Below are positions 21,132 to 29,892 of a stretch of DNA of 64,000 nt, in pieces. The notes below the pieces were generated by a model that saw only the letters and a list, made by a program, of their open reading frames with translations, had not been told where the DNA came from and ran no database searches. The number at the start of each line of letters is the position of its first letter. Position 1 is the first letter of the stretch. A program made the translations under genes and the position numbers. This stretch comes from Firmicutes bacterium CAG:884 (GTDB taxonomy: Bacteria > Bacillota_I > Bacilli_A > RF39 > UBA660): the NCBI GenBank assembly GCA_000433875.1, contig HF993331.1, forward strand, positions 1,868 through 65,867, read 5' to 3'.

Positions 21132-21414
21132 TGTATTAAAATATACTGAATTATTTGATTACTATGGAAACTTATTAACTGAAAAAGAAAAAATATATTT
21201 TAAAGACTATTATTTTGAAAATTTTTCATTAAGTGAAATTGCTGAAAATAATGGAATAAGTAGAAATGCAATCCATAAACAAATAAAATCAGCAGAACAA
21301 AAATTAGAAGAATATGAAGAAAAACTAAATATGATAAAAAGAGATCAAAAAATAAAAAAAATATTAAATGAAATAAAAGATGAAAGGGTTTCTAAAATAT
21401 TAGAAATAATGTGA
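21124..21414 (+). CDS. ylxM: YlxM/UPF0122 putative DNA-binding protein of the SRP operon
   Basis: ELFDYYGNLLTEKEKIYFKDYYFENFSLSEIAENNGISRNAIHKQIKSAEQKLEEYEEKL collinear with B. subtilis YlxM. Confidence 0.7.
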   Translation: MDNVLKYTELFDYYGNLLTEKEKIYFKDYYFENFSLSEIAENNGISRNAIHKQIKSAEQKLEEYEEKLNMIKRDQKIKKILNEIKDERVSKILEIM

Positions 21415-21418
21415 TAAT

Positions 21419-23176
21419 ATGTTTGGAAAAATACTATATATAGGAGATAATATAGCACGTGTCGCTTTAATAGAAGGTGCAGTTGTAAGTGATATAATGA
21501 ACTTACACGTAATATTTGAAGATGAAAAAAAACAAATATTAGGCGAAGTAGATGATATAAGTGAAAAAGAAATTAAAATATCTTTCCTAGGAGAAATTGT
21601 AAACGGAATTTTTATTGGTGGTGTAATAAGAAAACCAAGCCTAACAAGTAAAATAAGACCAATTAAACCAGAAGAAATGAAACTTATAATAGGTGATGAA
21701 GGAAATGATACAATGTTACTAGGATATTCACCATTATATGATGCCTGTCCAATTAGAGTAAAATATAATGATTTATTCAGTAATCATATGGCTATATTTG
21801 GTAATACCGGTTCCGGTAAATCTTGTGGTGTAGCCCGCTTACTTCAAAATGTGTTTAATAATAAAACATATTTACCATTTAGATCAAATATATTTTTGTT
21901 TGATGCTTATGGAGAATATCATAATGCATTTAGAGATTTAAACAAATATAATATAAATTTAAACTTTAAATACTATACAACTAATTTGCACGATTCAGAA
22001 GGTGAAATATTAAGAATACCATTATGGTTATTAGATGTTGATGACCTAGCTATTTTACTAGGTGCAACAAACCACGGCCAAATAACTATTCTTGAAAGAG
22101 CACTTAAATTAGTTGAAATATTTGCTGAAAATGATGAAGGTGCAAGAAAATACAAAAATCATTTAATAGCAAAAGCAATAATGACAATACTATATACAAA
22201 TCAAACATCAGCATCTAAAAGAAATGATATATTTAGTATAATTCAAACTTGTTCAACACCAGAATTTAATTTGGAAACAATTATACAAGGAATAGGTTAT
22301 CAAAGAAGATTTAGAGAATGTTTTATAATTGACACTGCCGGAAACTTCTGTGAAAGCGTTTTGATTACTCAATATATTCAAGGATTTATTAATGATGAAC
22401 TTGAAAAATATGAAGCAAAAAGTGAAAATTATTATACATTAGATGATTTTGAACAAGCTCTATCATTTACATTAATAAGTGAAGGATTTTTAAGAAATGA
22501 ACAAACATATGGTGATGCAGTAACATTAAAAGTAAAATTACACGCTTTAGTAATAGGTGAAAATAAAGAATACTTTAATTTACCATCTTATATAACAAGA
22601 GAAAAATATATTGCATCATTAATATCATCAGGAAATAAAAAAGTTCAAATAATTAACTTTAACCTAGAAGAAGTAGATGACCATTTTGCAAAAGCAGTAA
22701 CAAAAATATTTACAAAAATGCTATTTAATTTTGCAAAATCACTAAAAACAAGAGCATCAATACCATTCCATATATTCTTAGAAGAAGCTCATAGATATGT
22801 TAAAAATGATGAAGATACATATTTAATAGGTTATAATATTTTTGAAAGAGTTGCAAAAGAAGGAAGAAAATACGGAGTATTATTGAATCTAATATCTCAA
22901 AGACCAGTTGAACTTTCAGAAACAGTAATATCACAATGTTCTAACTTTATGATATTTAAAATGAATCACCCAAGAGATTTAGAATACATTAAAATGATGC
23001 TACCAAATATTAATAATGAAATAGTTGAAAAACAAAAATCATTACAACCAGGAACATGTGTAGCATTCGGTAAAGCATTTAAAATACCAATGATAGTTAA
23101 AATGCAAATGCCAGATCCGGCACCATATAGTTCTAGCTGTAATGTTTATGAAACTTGGAAAGCAAATAGAGAATAA
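21419..23176 (+). CDS. HerA/DUF87-like P-loop ATPase
   Basis: N-terminal HAS-barrel-like segment. Walker A FGNTGSGKS. Walker B/DEAH-like HIFLEEAHRY. Arginine-finger region GVLLNLISQRP. Confidence 0.6.
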   Translation: MFGKILYIGDNIARVALIEGAVVSDIMNLHVIFEDEKKQILGEVDDISEKEIKISFLGEIVNGIFIGGVIRKPSLTSKIRPIKPEEMKLIIGDEGNDTMLLGYSPLYDACPIRVKYNDLFSNHMAIFGNTGSGKSCGVARLLQNVFNNKTYLPFRSNIFLFDAYGEYHNAFRDLNKYNINLNFKYYTTNLHDSEGEILRIPLWLLDVDDLAILLGATNHGQITILERALKLVEIFAENDEGARKYKNHLIAKAIMTILYTNQTSASKRNDIFSIIQTCSTPEFNLETIIQGIGYQRRFRECFIIDTAGNFCESVLITQYIQGFINDELEKYEAKSENYYTLDDFEQALSFTLISEGFLRNEQTYGDAVTLKVKLHALVIGENKEYFNLPSYITREKYIASLISSGNKKVQIINFNLEEVDDHFAKAVTKIFTKMLFNFAKSLKTRASIPFHIFLEEAHRYVKNDEDTYLIGYNIFERVAKEGRKYGVLLNLISQRPVELSETVISQCSNFMIFKMNHPRDLEYIKMMLPNINNEIVEKQKSLQPGTCVAFGKAFKIPMIVKMQMPDPAPYSSSCNVYETWKANRE

Positions 23177-23196
23177 TATTGTTATTCTCTTTTTAA
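23168..23196 (+). terminator. Terminator agagaataa-tattg-ttattctct plus T-run
   Basis: Perfect 9-bp stem that includes the stop codon of the ATPase gene. Confidence 0.6.
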
Positions 23197-23245
23197 TTTG
23201 AATATTTAATATTGTGTGATATAATTATGATGTAGGGGGATATCT

Positions 23246-24190
23246 ATGGAAGAATTTAATAAACTAAACATACTACAAAAAAGAAAGATGGCTATTGAAG
23301 ATCTTGTTAAATATTATGCTGATTATAGAATATATTGCTATAACAATAATGAGAAATTAAAAGGAATAGAACTAAGAAAAAAAATACATTTTCTTATTGA
23401 TTTAATTTTACAAATTGACAAATTAGTATCTAAAGAAAATAACATTATAATAGGAAATGAAAATAAAGCAATAAAAGATGAACCAAAAATATTTGCGTGT
23501 ACACATATTGGTGGAAATGATATTCAAAGAACTTTACAAATAATTAAAGAACCAGCATATTTAATGCTAGGTGATCCAGGTATTTTATATAGAAAACTAA
23601 TATATCAAGGATTGAAATTAAACGGAGTTATTCCATTAGAAACAAAAAACAAAGTTGATAGAAAAGTAGCATATAATAGATCAATAGAACTTTTAAATAA
23701 TGGTGGTAATTTATTGATATATCCAGAAGGTGCTTGGAATGTTTCACCTAATGAATTAGTTATGAAAACCTTTGTCGGAACAGTTAGAATGGCTAGAGAA
23801 ACAGGAGTACAAATAGTACCAATAGCAGTTGAACAATATGGTAAAAATTTTTATTTTAATATCGGTAAAAATTATGGCATTGCAAAAAATTCGAACAAAA
23901 CTGAAAAAGAATTAAATAATGAATTAAGAGATAAACTTGTAACACTTAAATGGCATATTCTTGAAACACAGAAAACACTAAAAAGAAAAGATTTGCCAAG
24001 CGACTATATTCATAAGTTTCAATCCGAGATAGTAGATAAATGTAACTATGGATATGGTTTTTCTTTAGAGGATGCCTTAAGTGAAAGATTTCACGATAAG
24101 AGTATAATATCAGAAGCGGAAGTATTTAGTTTTCTAGATAATTTAAAAATTAATAAAAATAATGCATTTTTGTTAAGATACAAAAGATAA
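23246..24190 (+). CDS. LPLAT-family acyltransferase (PlsC-like)
   Basis: H(X)4D motif in FACTHIGGNDI. PEG motif in LLIYPEGAWN. Own extended -10 TGTGATATAAT at 23215-23225. Confidence 0.6.
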   Translation: MEEFNKLNILQKRKMAIEDLVKYYADYRIYCYNNNEKLKGIELRKKIHFLIDLILQIDKLVSKENNIIIGNENKAIKDEPKIFACTHIGGNDIQRTLQIIKEPAYLMLGDPGILYRKLIYQGLKLNGVIPLETKNKVDRKVAYNRSIELLNNGGNLLIYPEGAWNVSPNELVMKTFVGTVRMARETGVQIVPIAVEQYGKNFYFNIGKNYGIAKNSNKTEKELNNELRDKLVTLKWHILETQKTLKRKDLPSDYIHKFQSEIVDKCNYGYGFSLEDALSERFHDKSIISEAEVFSFLDNLKINKNNAFLLRYKR

Positions 24191-24199
24191 AAGAGAGGG

Positions 24200-26035
24200 T
24201 TGATTATTGTGCAAGCAATTGTTTTACAAATTGTTGGACTATTAATAGTCACAACATTATTAATTATGTTTTTTACTAAACCTAATGTAGAAAATAAAGA
24301 AACAAAAACGTATTCAAAGTTGCTAATTTTAAACTTAATATTTATACTTGTTGGTATAGCAACATATTTTGTTGCTCATTTAACTAAAAAATACACATAT
24401 ATAATGATGCTTCAAAAAATATATATGAGTGTTTTGGCATTACTTAATATGTACTCAATGTTTTACTGTATTTCTATATATGATAAAGACAATAAGTATC
24501 AAAAAATTAAAACTATGCTACTTGTAATTACCTTAATATCAATATTATTAATTATAGTATTACCACTAAATGTAATTTTTGAAGGTAATTTACTTGATGG
24601 TGATGGTCCTTCATATGATGTTGCAATTGGTCACACAATTTTAAGCTTTAGTTTTTTCATAATTGTAACCATATATTTTTTAATAAAGAAATATTCAATA
24701 AAAAAAATCTTGCCTTACATTATTCTAATAACATTATATTTGTTAGGATTTCTTATTAGAACATTTTATAAGGAACTAATATTTGAAGGCTTCTTTTATT
24801 CATATATCTTACTTATTATGTTTAACACAATAGAAAATCCCGATGTAAAAATGGCTAAAGAATTAGCATTTCAAAAGGAATTAGCATTGGATTCATCAAA
24901 AAAAACAATGGAATTACTTGAAGAAATGGCTAATGAACTAAAATCGACAATTAAAGAATTAGTTTTAATTGAAAATGTCAAAATAGATGAGAATAATATA
25001 AATGATGTGAATAATACATTATCAAAATTTCAAAATAGGGCAATTATATTAAGGGATAAGATTACAAGTATTTTAGATCTTGCAATGGTGAAAAGTGACA
25101 CAAAAGTTGTTACATACAAATATGAAACATATGATATGATTGATAGATTAAAACAATTATTGTCAAATGAAGAAAGTATGCACTCTACAAAAATGAATGT
25201 TGACGTAGAAAAAAACATGCCACAAGTACTTTATGGTGATGAAAATAATGTTTTAAAAGTTACGATAGCTTTCTTCAACTTTCTATCATCGATAATTGAA
25301 AATAAAAAAATAGAACTAAAAATTAATAGTATTAAAGTTGGAAATTTTGCAAAAATAAGATTTAATTTTATAACAGATGATAAATTAGTTGAGGATTATA
25401 TTGTAGAGAATAAGCATACAAAAAAACTAAGAATCGAAAAAGACAATGATATGAACTATGAAATGATAAAATATTTATTAGCAAAATTAGATGGCACAAT
25501 CACTATTAATAAAAGTGAAAATATAATAACTATTTCCTTAAATATAAATCAAAGATTAGTAAGTGAATATGATGTTATAAGTAATAAAAAAGAAAATCAG
25601 AATATTAAAATTAAATATCATAATTATAGTGATAAGAGAATATTAATTGTAGATAATAATAATCTAAAAATTAAAGAACTTAAAATATTATTAAGTCCAT
25701 ATAATGTTCAAACCATATCTACAAACAACTTATCAGAAATGTGTGATGCTATAAATGATAATGAAACTTTTGATTTGGTTTTTATTGATGATATAATACC
25801 AGGAGATAGTATTAATGAGTTTTCAAAAATGCTTATTAAGGATAATGGTGTTTTAAACTACATTAGAAGAGAAACAAAATATCCAATCACTACTATTGTA
25901 ATGATTACGCCGAATATTAATAACAATGAAAAAGAGTATTTAAAACTAGGATTTAGTGATTACATTATAAAACCAATTAACAAGAAAAACTTAGATGATA
26001 TTCTAAATAAATATTTTCAAAAAAATAATGATTGA
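24200..26035 (+). CDS. Polytopic membrane protein with degenerate histidine-kinase-like core and C-terminal receiver domain
   Basis: About 7 TM helices. Helical region lacks the phospho-His. C-terminal REC-like region (RILIVDNNN...FDLVFIDDIIPG...IIKPI). Probable GTG start at 24209. Confidence 0.5.
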   Translation: MIIVQAIVLQIVGLLIVTTLLIMFFTKPNVENKETKTYSKLLILNLIFILVGIATYFVAHLTKKYTYIMMLQKIYMSVLALLNMYSMFYCISIYDKDNKYQKIKTMLLVITLISILLIIVLPLNVIFEGNLLDGDGPSYDVAIGHTILSFSFFIIVTIYFLIKKYSIKKILPYIILITLYLLGFLIRTFYKELIFEGFFYSYILLIMFNTIENPDVKMAKELAFQKELALDSSKKTMELLEEMANELKSTIKELVLIENVKIDENNINDVNNTLSKFQNRAIILRDKITSILDLAMVKSDTKVVTYKYETYDMIDRLKQLLSNEESMHSTKMNVDVEKNMPQVLYGDENNVLKVTIAFFNFLSSIIENKKIELKINSIKVGNFAKIRFNFITDDKLVEDYIVENKHTKKLRIEKDNDMNYEMIKYLLAKLDGTITINKSENIITISLNINQRLVSEYDVISNKKENQNIKIKYHNYSDKRILIVDNNNLKIKELKILLSPYNVQTISTNNLSEMCDAINDNETFDLVFIDDIIPGDSINEFSKMLIKDNGVLNYIRRETKYPITTIVMITPNINNNEKEYLKLGFSDYIIKPINKKNLDDILNKYFQKNND

Positions 26036-26080
26036 TAATTTGTAAGTTTTAGATCAAAAATCACTATTATATAAGTTATT

Positions 26081-26103
26081 AGAGTTCACAAAACTCTTTT
26101 TTT
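26081..26103 (+). terminator. Terminator agagtt-cacaa-aactct plus T7
   Basis: Seen directly. Separates the sensor gene from ffh. Confidence 0.55.
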
Positions 26104-26161
26104 CATAAAAACCTTTATTTTTTAATAATTATTTGTTAAAATTAGAAAGAGGGTGATTAAA

Positions 26162-27469
26162 ATGTTTGAATCATTAGGAGAAAGATTACAAAACGCAATA
26201 AAGAAAATAAAAGGGTATGGAAAAATAACCGAAGAAAATATAAGTGATGTAACAAGAGAAATTAGACTCGCACTTCTAGAAGCTGATGTAAACTATAAAG
26301 TTGTAAAAGAGTTTATTGATAATGTTAAAACAAAAGCTTTAGGTGAAGAAGTTGCAAAAGCTCTAAATCCAGGCGAAGTATTTGTAAAAATATTAAAAGA
26401 TGAATTAGTTGACTTACTAGGCGGAAATAAAGAAGATTTAAAAATAGATGGAAATCCAACAGTACTAATGTTAGTTGGTTTACAAGGATCTGGTAAAACA
26501 ACAACAATTGGTAAACTAGCTAATTTATTAAGAAAAAAATATAAGAAAAAGCCACTTTTAGTAGCATGTGATATTTATAGACCAGCAGCAATTGATCAAT
26601 TAAAACAACTAGGAAAAGAACTAAACATCGAAGTATATGAAGAAGGAAAAAATAATCCTGTAGAAACAAGTAAAAATGCTGTTGAATATGCCAAAAATAA
26701 TAATTATGATTATGTATTAATTGATACAGCCGGACGCTTACACATAGATGAACAATTGATGGATGAATTAAAAAATATCGAAGAAACAGTTAAACCTGAT
26801 GAAGTCCTATTAGTACTAGATAGTATGATTGGACAAGATGCAATTAATGTTATCAATGGTTTTAACGAAAAATTAAAACTAACTGGGGCAATACTAACTA
26901 AACTAGATGGAAGTGCTAAGGGTGGTGTCGCACTATCAGTAAGACACTTAACAAATATTCCAATCAAATTTATAGGAACAAGTGAACGCTTAGATGGCTT
27001 AGAAGAATTCTACCCAGAAAGAATGGCAAGCCGTATTCTTGATATGGGTGATCTAATGTCAATGGTTGAAAAAGCTGAATCAGTAATTGATGAAAAAGAA
27101 GCCGAAGACCTAGCAAAGAAAATGCAAAAAGGAAAATTTGATTTAGAAGATTTCTTAAAACAAATGAACCAAATAAAGAAACTAGGACCACTAGAAAATC
27201 TAATTAAACTATTACCAGGCGCAAATAAAATGGGATTAAATAATATTCAAGTAAATCCTAAAGATATGGCTCATATAGAAGCAATTATTCTATCAATGAC
27301 ACCATATGAAAGAAAACATCCCGAAGTATTAAAAGCAAGCCGTAAAATGAGAATTGCAAAAGGTTCAGGAAGAAGTGTTGAAGAAGTAAATAGACTTTTA
27401 AAACAATTTGAGCAAATGAAAGAAATGATGAAAAGACTTCAAAACGGGAGTATGAAATTACCATTTTAA
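26162..27469 (+). CDS. ffh: Signal recognition particle protein Ffh
   Basis: GLQGSGKTTTIGKLA and DTAGRLHID motifs. M domain with a Met-rich C-terminus. ATG at 26162 after RBS aagagggtg. Confidence 0.9.
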   Translation: MFESLGERLQNAIKKIKGYGKITEENISDVTREIRLALLEADVNYKVVKEFIDNVKTKALGEEVAKALNPGEVFVKILKDELVDLLGGNKEDLKIDGNPTVLMLVGLQGSGKTTTIGKLANLLRKKYKKKPLLVACDIYRPAAIDQLKQLGKELNIEVYEEGKNNPVETSKNAVEYAKNNNYDYVLIDTAGRLHIDEQLMDELKNIEETVKPDEVLLVLDSMIGQDAINVINGFNEKLKLTGAILTKLDGSAKGGVALSVRHLTNIPIKFIGTSERLDGLEEFYPERMASRILDMGDLMSMVEKAESVIDEKEAEDLAKKMQKGKFDLEDFLKQMNQIKKLGPLENLIKLLPGANKMGLNNIQVNPKDMAHIEAIILSMTPYERKHPEVLKASRKMRIAKGSGRSVEEVNRLLKQFEQMKEMMKRLQNGSMKLPF

Positions 27470-27470
27470 T

Positions 27471-27815
27471 ATGAATGAAATATTATATAAATTATCTAAA
27501 TCAAAATTTAGAAGTAGTTTTAAATTAAAAGAAAAAGATAAAAAATATATTGAAGAAAAAACACTATCAAAAATAAGAGAACATGCGTATGATTTCATTA
27601 ATAAAAGGCTAAAAGATGTCTCAAATATAAATGATGGCAAACAAACACCAATGAAAGGCCATCCAGTCTTTGTAGCCCAGCACGCAACAGCAACATGTTG
27701 TAGATCTTGTTTGGAAAAATGGCACCATATAAGTAAAAATAAAGTACTTTCAAATGAAGAAGTAGATTATATTGTAAATATAATAATGAAATGGATTGAA
27801 AATCAAATATCATAA
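27471..27815 (+). CDS. DUF4186-family protein
   Basis: GHPVFVAQHATATCCRSCLEKWH signature. Starts 2 nt after the ffh stop. Confidence 0.5.
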   Translation: MNEILYKLSKSKFRSSFKLKEKDKKYIEEKTLSKIREHAYDFINKRLKDVSNINDGKQTPMKGHPVFVAQHATATCCRSCLEKWHHISKNKVLSNEEVDYIVNIIMKWIENQIS

Positions 27816-27849
27816 AATAATCAATTTGAAAAGTGAAACGAATAAAAAT

Positions 27850-28104
27850 ATGATTATAGAAATGAATAAAATTTTAAAAAGAAACACAAGTGGTGAAGAA
27901 GATCCAAGGTATAATGTTGGAGGCTTTAAAATTGTTCCCAATATGATAGGCGTAGTCAACATAATAGAAACAACAAAACCAGAAAATGCTTTAAAAGAAA
28001 TAACGGAATTACTGAAAGAATATAATTCCAAAAAAACAATAAAAATAGAAGATATAATTGATTTTCACTTTAGATTTGAAAGAATACATCCATTTGGTGA
28101 TTAG
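27850..28104 (+). pseudogene. Fic-family gene, N-terminal fragment ending inside the Fic motif (…IHPFGD*)
   Basis: ORF ends FHFRFERIHPFGD then TAG. The rest of the HPFxDGNGR motif is 1.15 kb downstream. Confidence 0.45.
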
Positions 28105-28214
28105 GATGAACACTTAAGACAGAAAATGGCATACTTTCAAAATTCACATATAAGTAGTGGAATGTTCTGATATAATATGTTTATTAATGTAATTAAATCA
28201 GGAGGTAAAGAATT

Positions 28215-29232
28215 ATGCAAACATTACAAATAAGAAATTCAACAGCAGAATTTTTGATATTTACAAAACAAAATAAAGAAAAGACAATAGAAGTGATTGT
28301 TGATGAAGAATCAGTATAGCTTAGTCAAAAATTGATGGCCGAGCTTTTCGGAACAACGAGAAATAATATAACAATGCATCTTTCTAATATTTTTGAAAAA
28401 GAATTAAGTGAGGATTCAGTATGTAAGGAATTCTTACATACTGCTAGAGATGAAAAAAATTATAAAACAAAATATTATAATTTAGATGCTATTATTGCTG
28501 TTGGATTTAAAGTTAATAGCAAAAGAGCAATTGATTTTAGATTGTGGGCAATCAATATTTTAAAACAATATTCTGTAAAAGGATATGTATTAGATAAAGA
28601 AAGACTTAAAAATGGAACATTTTTAAATGAAAATTATTTTGATGAATTATTACAAGAAATAAGAGAAATAAGAATTAGTGAAAGGAATTTTTATCAAAAG
28701 ATTACCGATATATACACAACAAGTTTAGATTATAATGTATCTTCACCAATAACAAAAGATTTTTTTTAAAACAGTTCAAAATAAAATGCATTATGCTGTT
28801 CATGGAAATACGACTGCAGAAGTTATAGTGAACCGTGCTAATCATAAAAAGGCGCATATGGGATTAACAAATTGGAAAAATTCACCTAATGGCAAAATAA
28901 TTGCATCTGATGTTATAGTTGCTAAAAATTATCTAACTAAAGAAGAATTAAAATCTTTAGAAAGAATTGTTACAATGTATTTAGATTACGCAGAGGATCA
29001 AGCTGAAAGACATATTCCTATGACAATGGAAGACTGGAAAGGTAAGCTAGATGTATTTTTACAATTTAATGAAAGAGATGTACTTGATAATCCTGGTAAA
29101 GTATCTCATAAGGTAGCAGAAAGTTTTGCACTTTCTGAATTTGAAAAGTATAGAATTACTCAAGATAAATTATTTGAATCTGACTTTGATAAATTTATGA
29201 TTGAAATGGAAAATGAGGATATCAGTTGTTAA
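28215..29232 (+). pseudogene. rhuM: RhuM-family gene with an in-frame amber codon and a +1 frameshift
   Basis: Collinear RhuM similarity across three frames. TAG at 28317-28319 falls where the RhuM alignment has Trp (ESV*LSQKLMAELF). Frame change in the T8 run at 28760-28767 (…TKDFF / KTVQNKMHYAVHG…). Confidence 0.65.
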
Positions 29233-29507
29233 AAAAAATTTGTTCTTAAATATCATCCTCAGACGGAAATGGTCGTGTTGGAAGAATTATTATGTTTAAA
29301 GAATGCTTAAAAAATAATATTATGTCATTTATTATATTAGATGAAGATAAATCGTATTATTTAAGAGGATTAAAAGAATATGAAAATGACAAAATGTTTT
29401 TAATTGACACTATAAAAAACGAACAAGATTTGTATGAAAAAATATGTGAAGAATTATTAAATTTTGAAATAAAAGAAACAAATGACCCATTAACCAATGA
29501 CAAATAA
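29233..29507 (+). pseudogene. Fic-family gene, C-terminal fragment (…KYHPQ/DGNGRVGRIIMFKE…)
   Basis: DGNGRVGR completes the Fic motif but needs a -1 shift after HPQ. Annotated ORF 29292-29507 continues this frame. Confidence 0.45.
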
Positions 29508-29558
29508 CTTATACAAAAAAATAAAAACCTCATATTATAAAGTAGTTAGGAGGTTTTT

Positions 29559-29825
29559 ATGCTATTTGGATTTGGAAGAAGGAACAACGGATGTGGATGC
29601 GGATGCAATCAAAATATGGATCCATGCCGTCAAAATGAAGTAATTGAACCAACAATTACAAAATGTGTAGAAAAAGAATTCTATCACGAAGTACCACACA
29701 TATGCCCAATACATACACATGTTGTAAATAAACATATTTATAATCATACATATAGACCAGAGTATACTTGCTCAGAAGAAAACGTTGTCGTTAATAATGA
29801 TTGCAACAAATGTAGTGGATTTTAA
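29559..29825 (+). CDS. Small Cys/His-rich protein, possibly CotD-family spore coat protein
   Basis: Strong RBS agttaggaggtttttATG. His/Cys-rich repeats (PHICPIHTHVVNKHIYNHTYRPEY). Followed by a terminator. Confidence 0.35.
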   Translation: MLFGFGRRNNGCGCGCNQNMDPCRQNEVIEPTITKCVEKEFYHEVPHICPIHTHVVNKHIYNHTYRPEYTCSEENVVVNNDCNKCSGF

Positions 29826-29828
29826 AAT

Positions 29829-29848
29829 AAGGCCTAAAAGGCCTTTTA
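29829..29848 (+). terminator. Terminator aaggcc-taaaa-ggcctt plus T-run
   Basis: Seen directly in the sequence. Confidence 0.6.
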
Positions 29849-29892
29849 AATTTGTTCAAATAATGATATAATCAAAAACAGGAGTGATAAAA

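Noticed and set aside
26153-26161. N-terminal extensions from GTG/TTG track starts (ffh at 26153, sensor at 24200, ABC ATPase at 52776, YugP at 42989, ackA at 56750, era at 46152)
   Set aside because: Downstream ATG (or GTG for the sensor) with a properly spaced Shine-Dalgarno gives an N-terminus matching the family. The extensions have no RBS.
28105-29250. Reading the 1.15-kb insert between the Fic fragments as an intron or intein
   Set aside because: It encodes an ordinary, decayed RhuM-family gene with its own RBS. No group I/II intron structures or intein splice motifs were seen.
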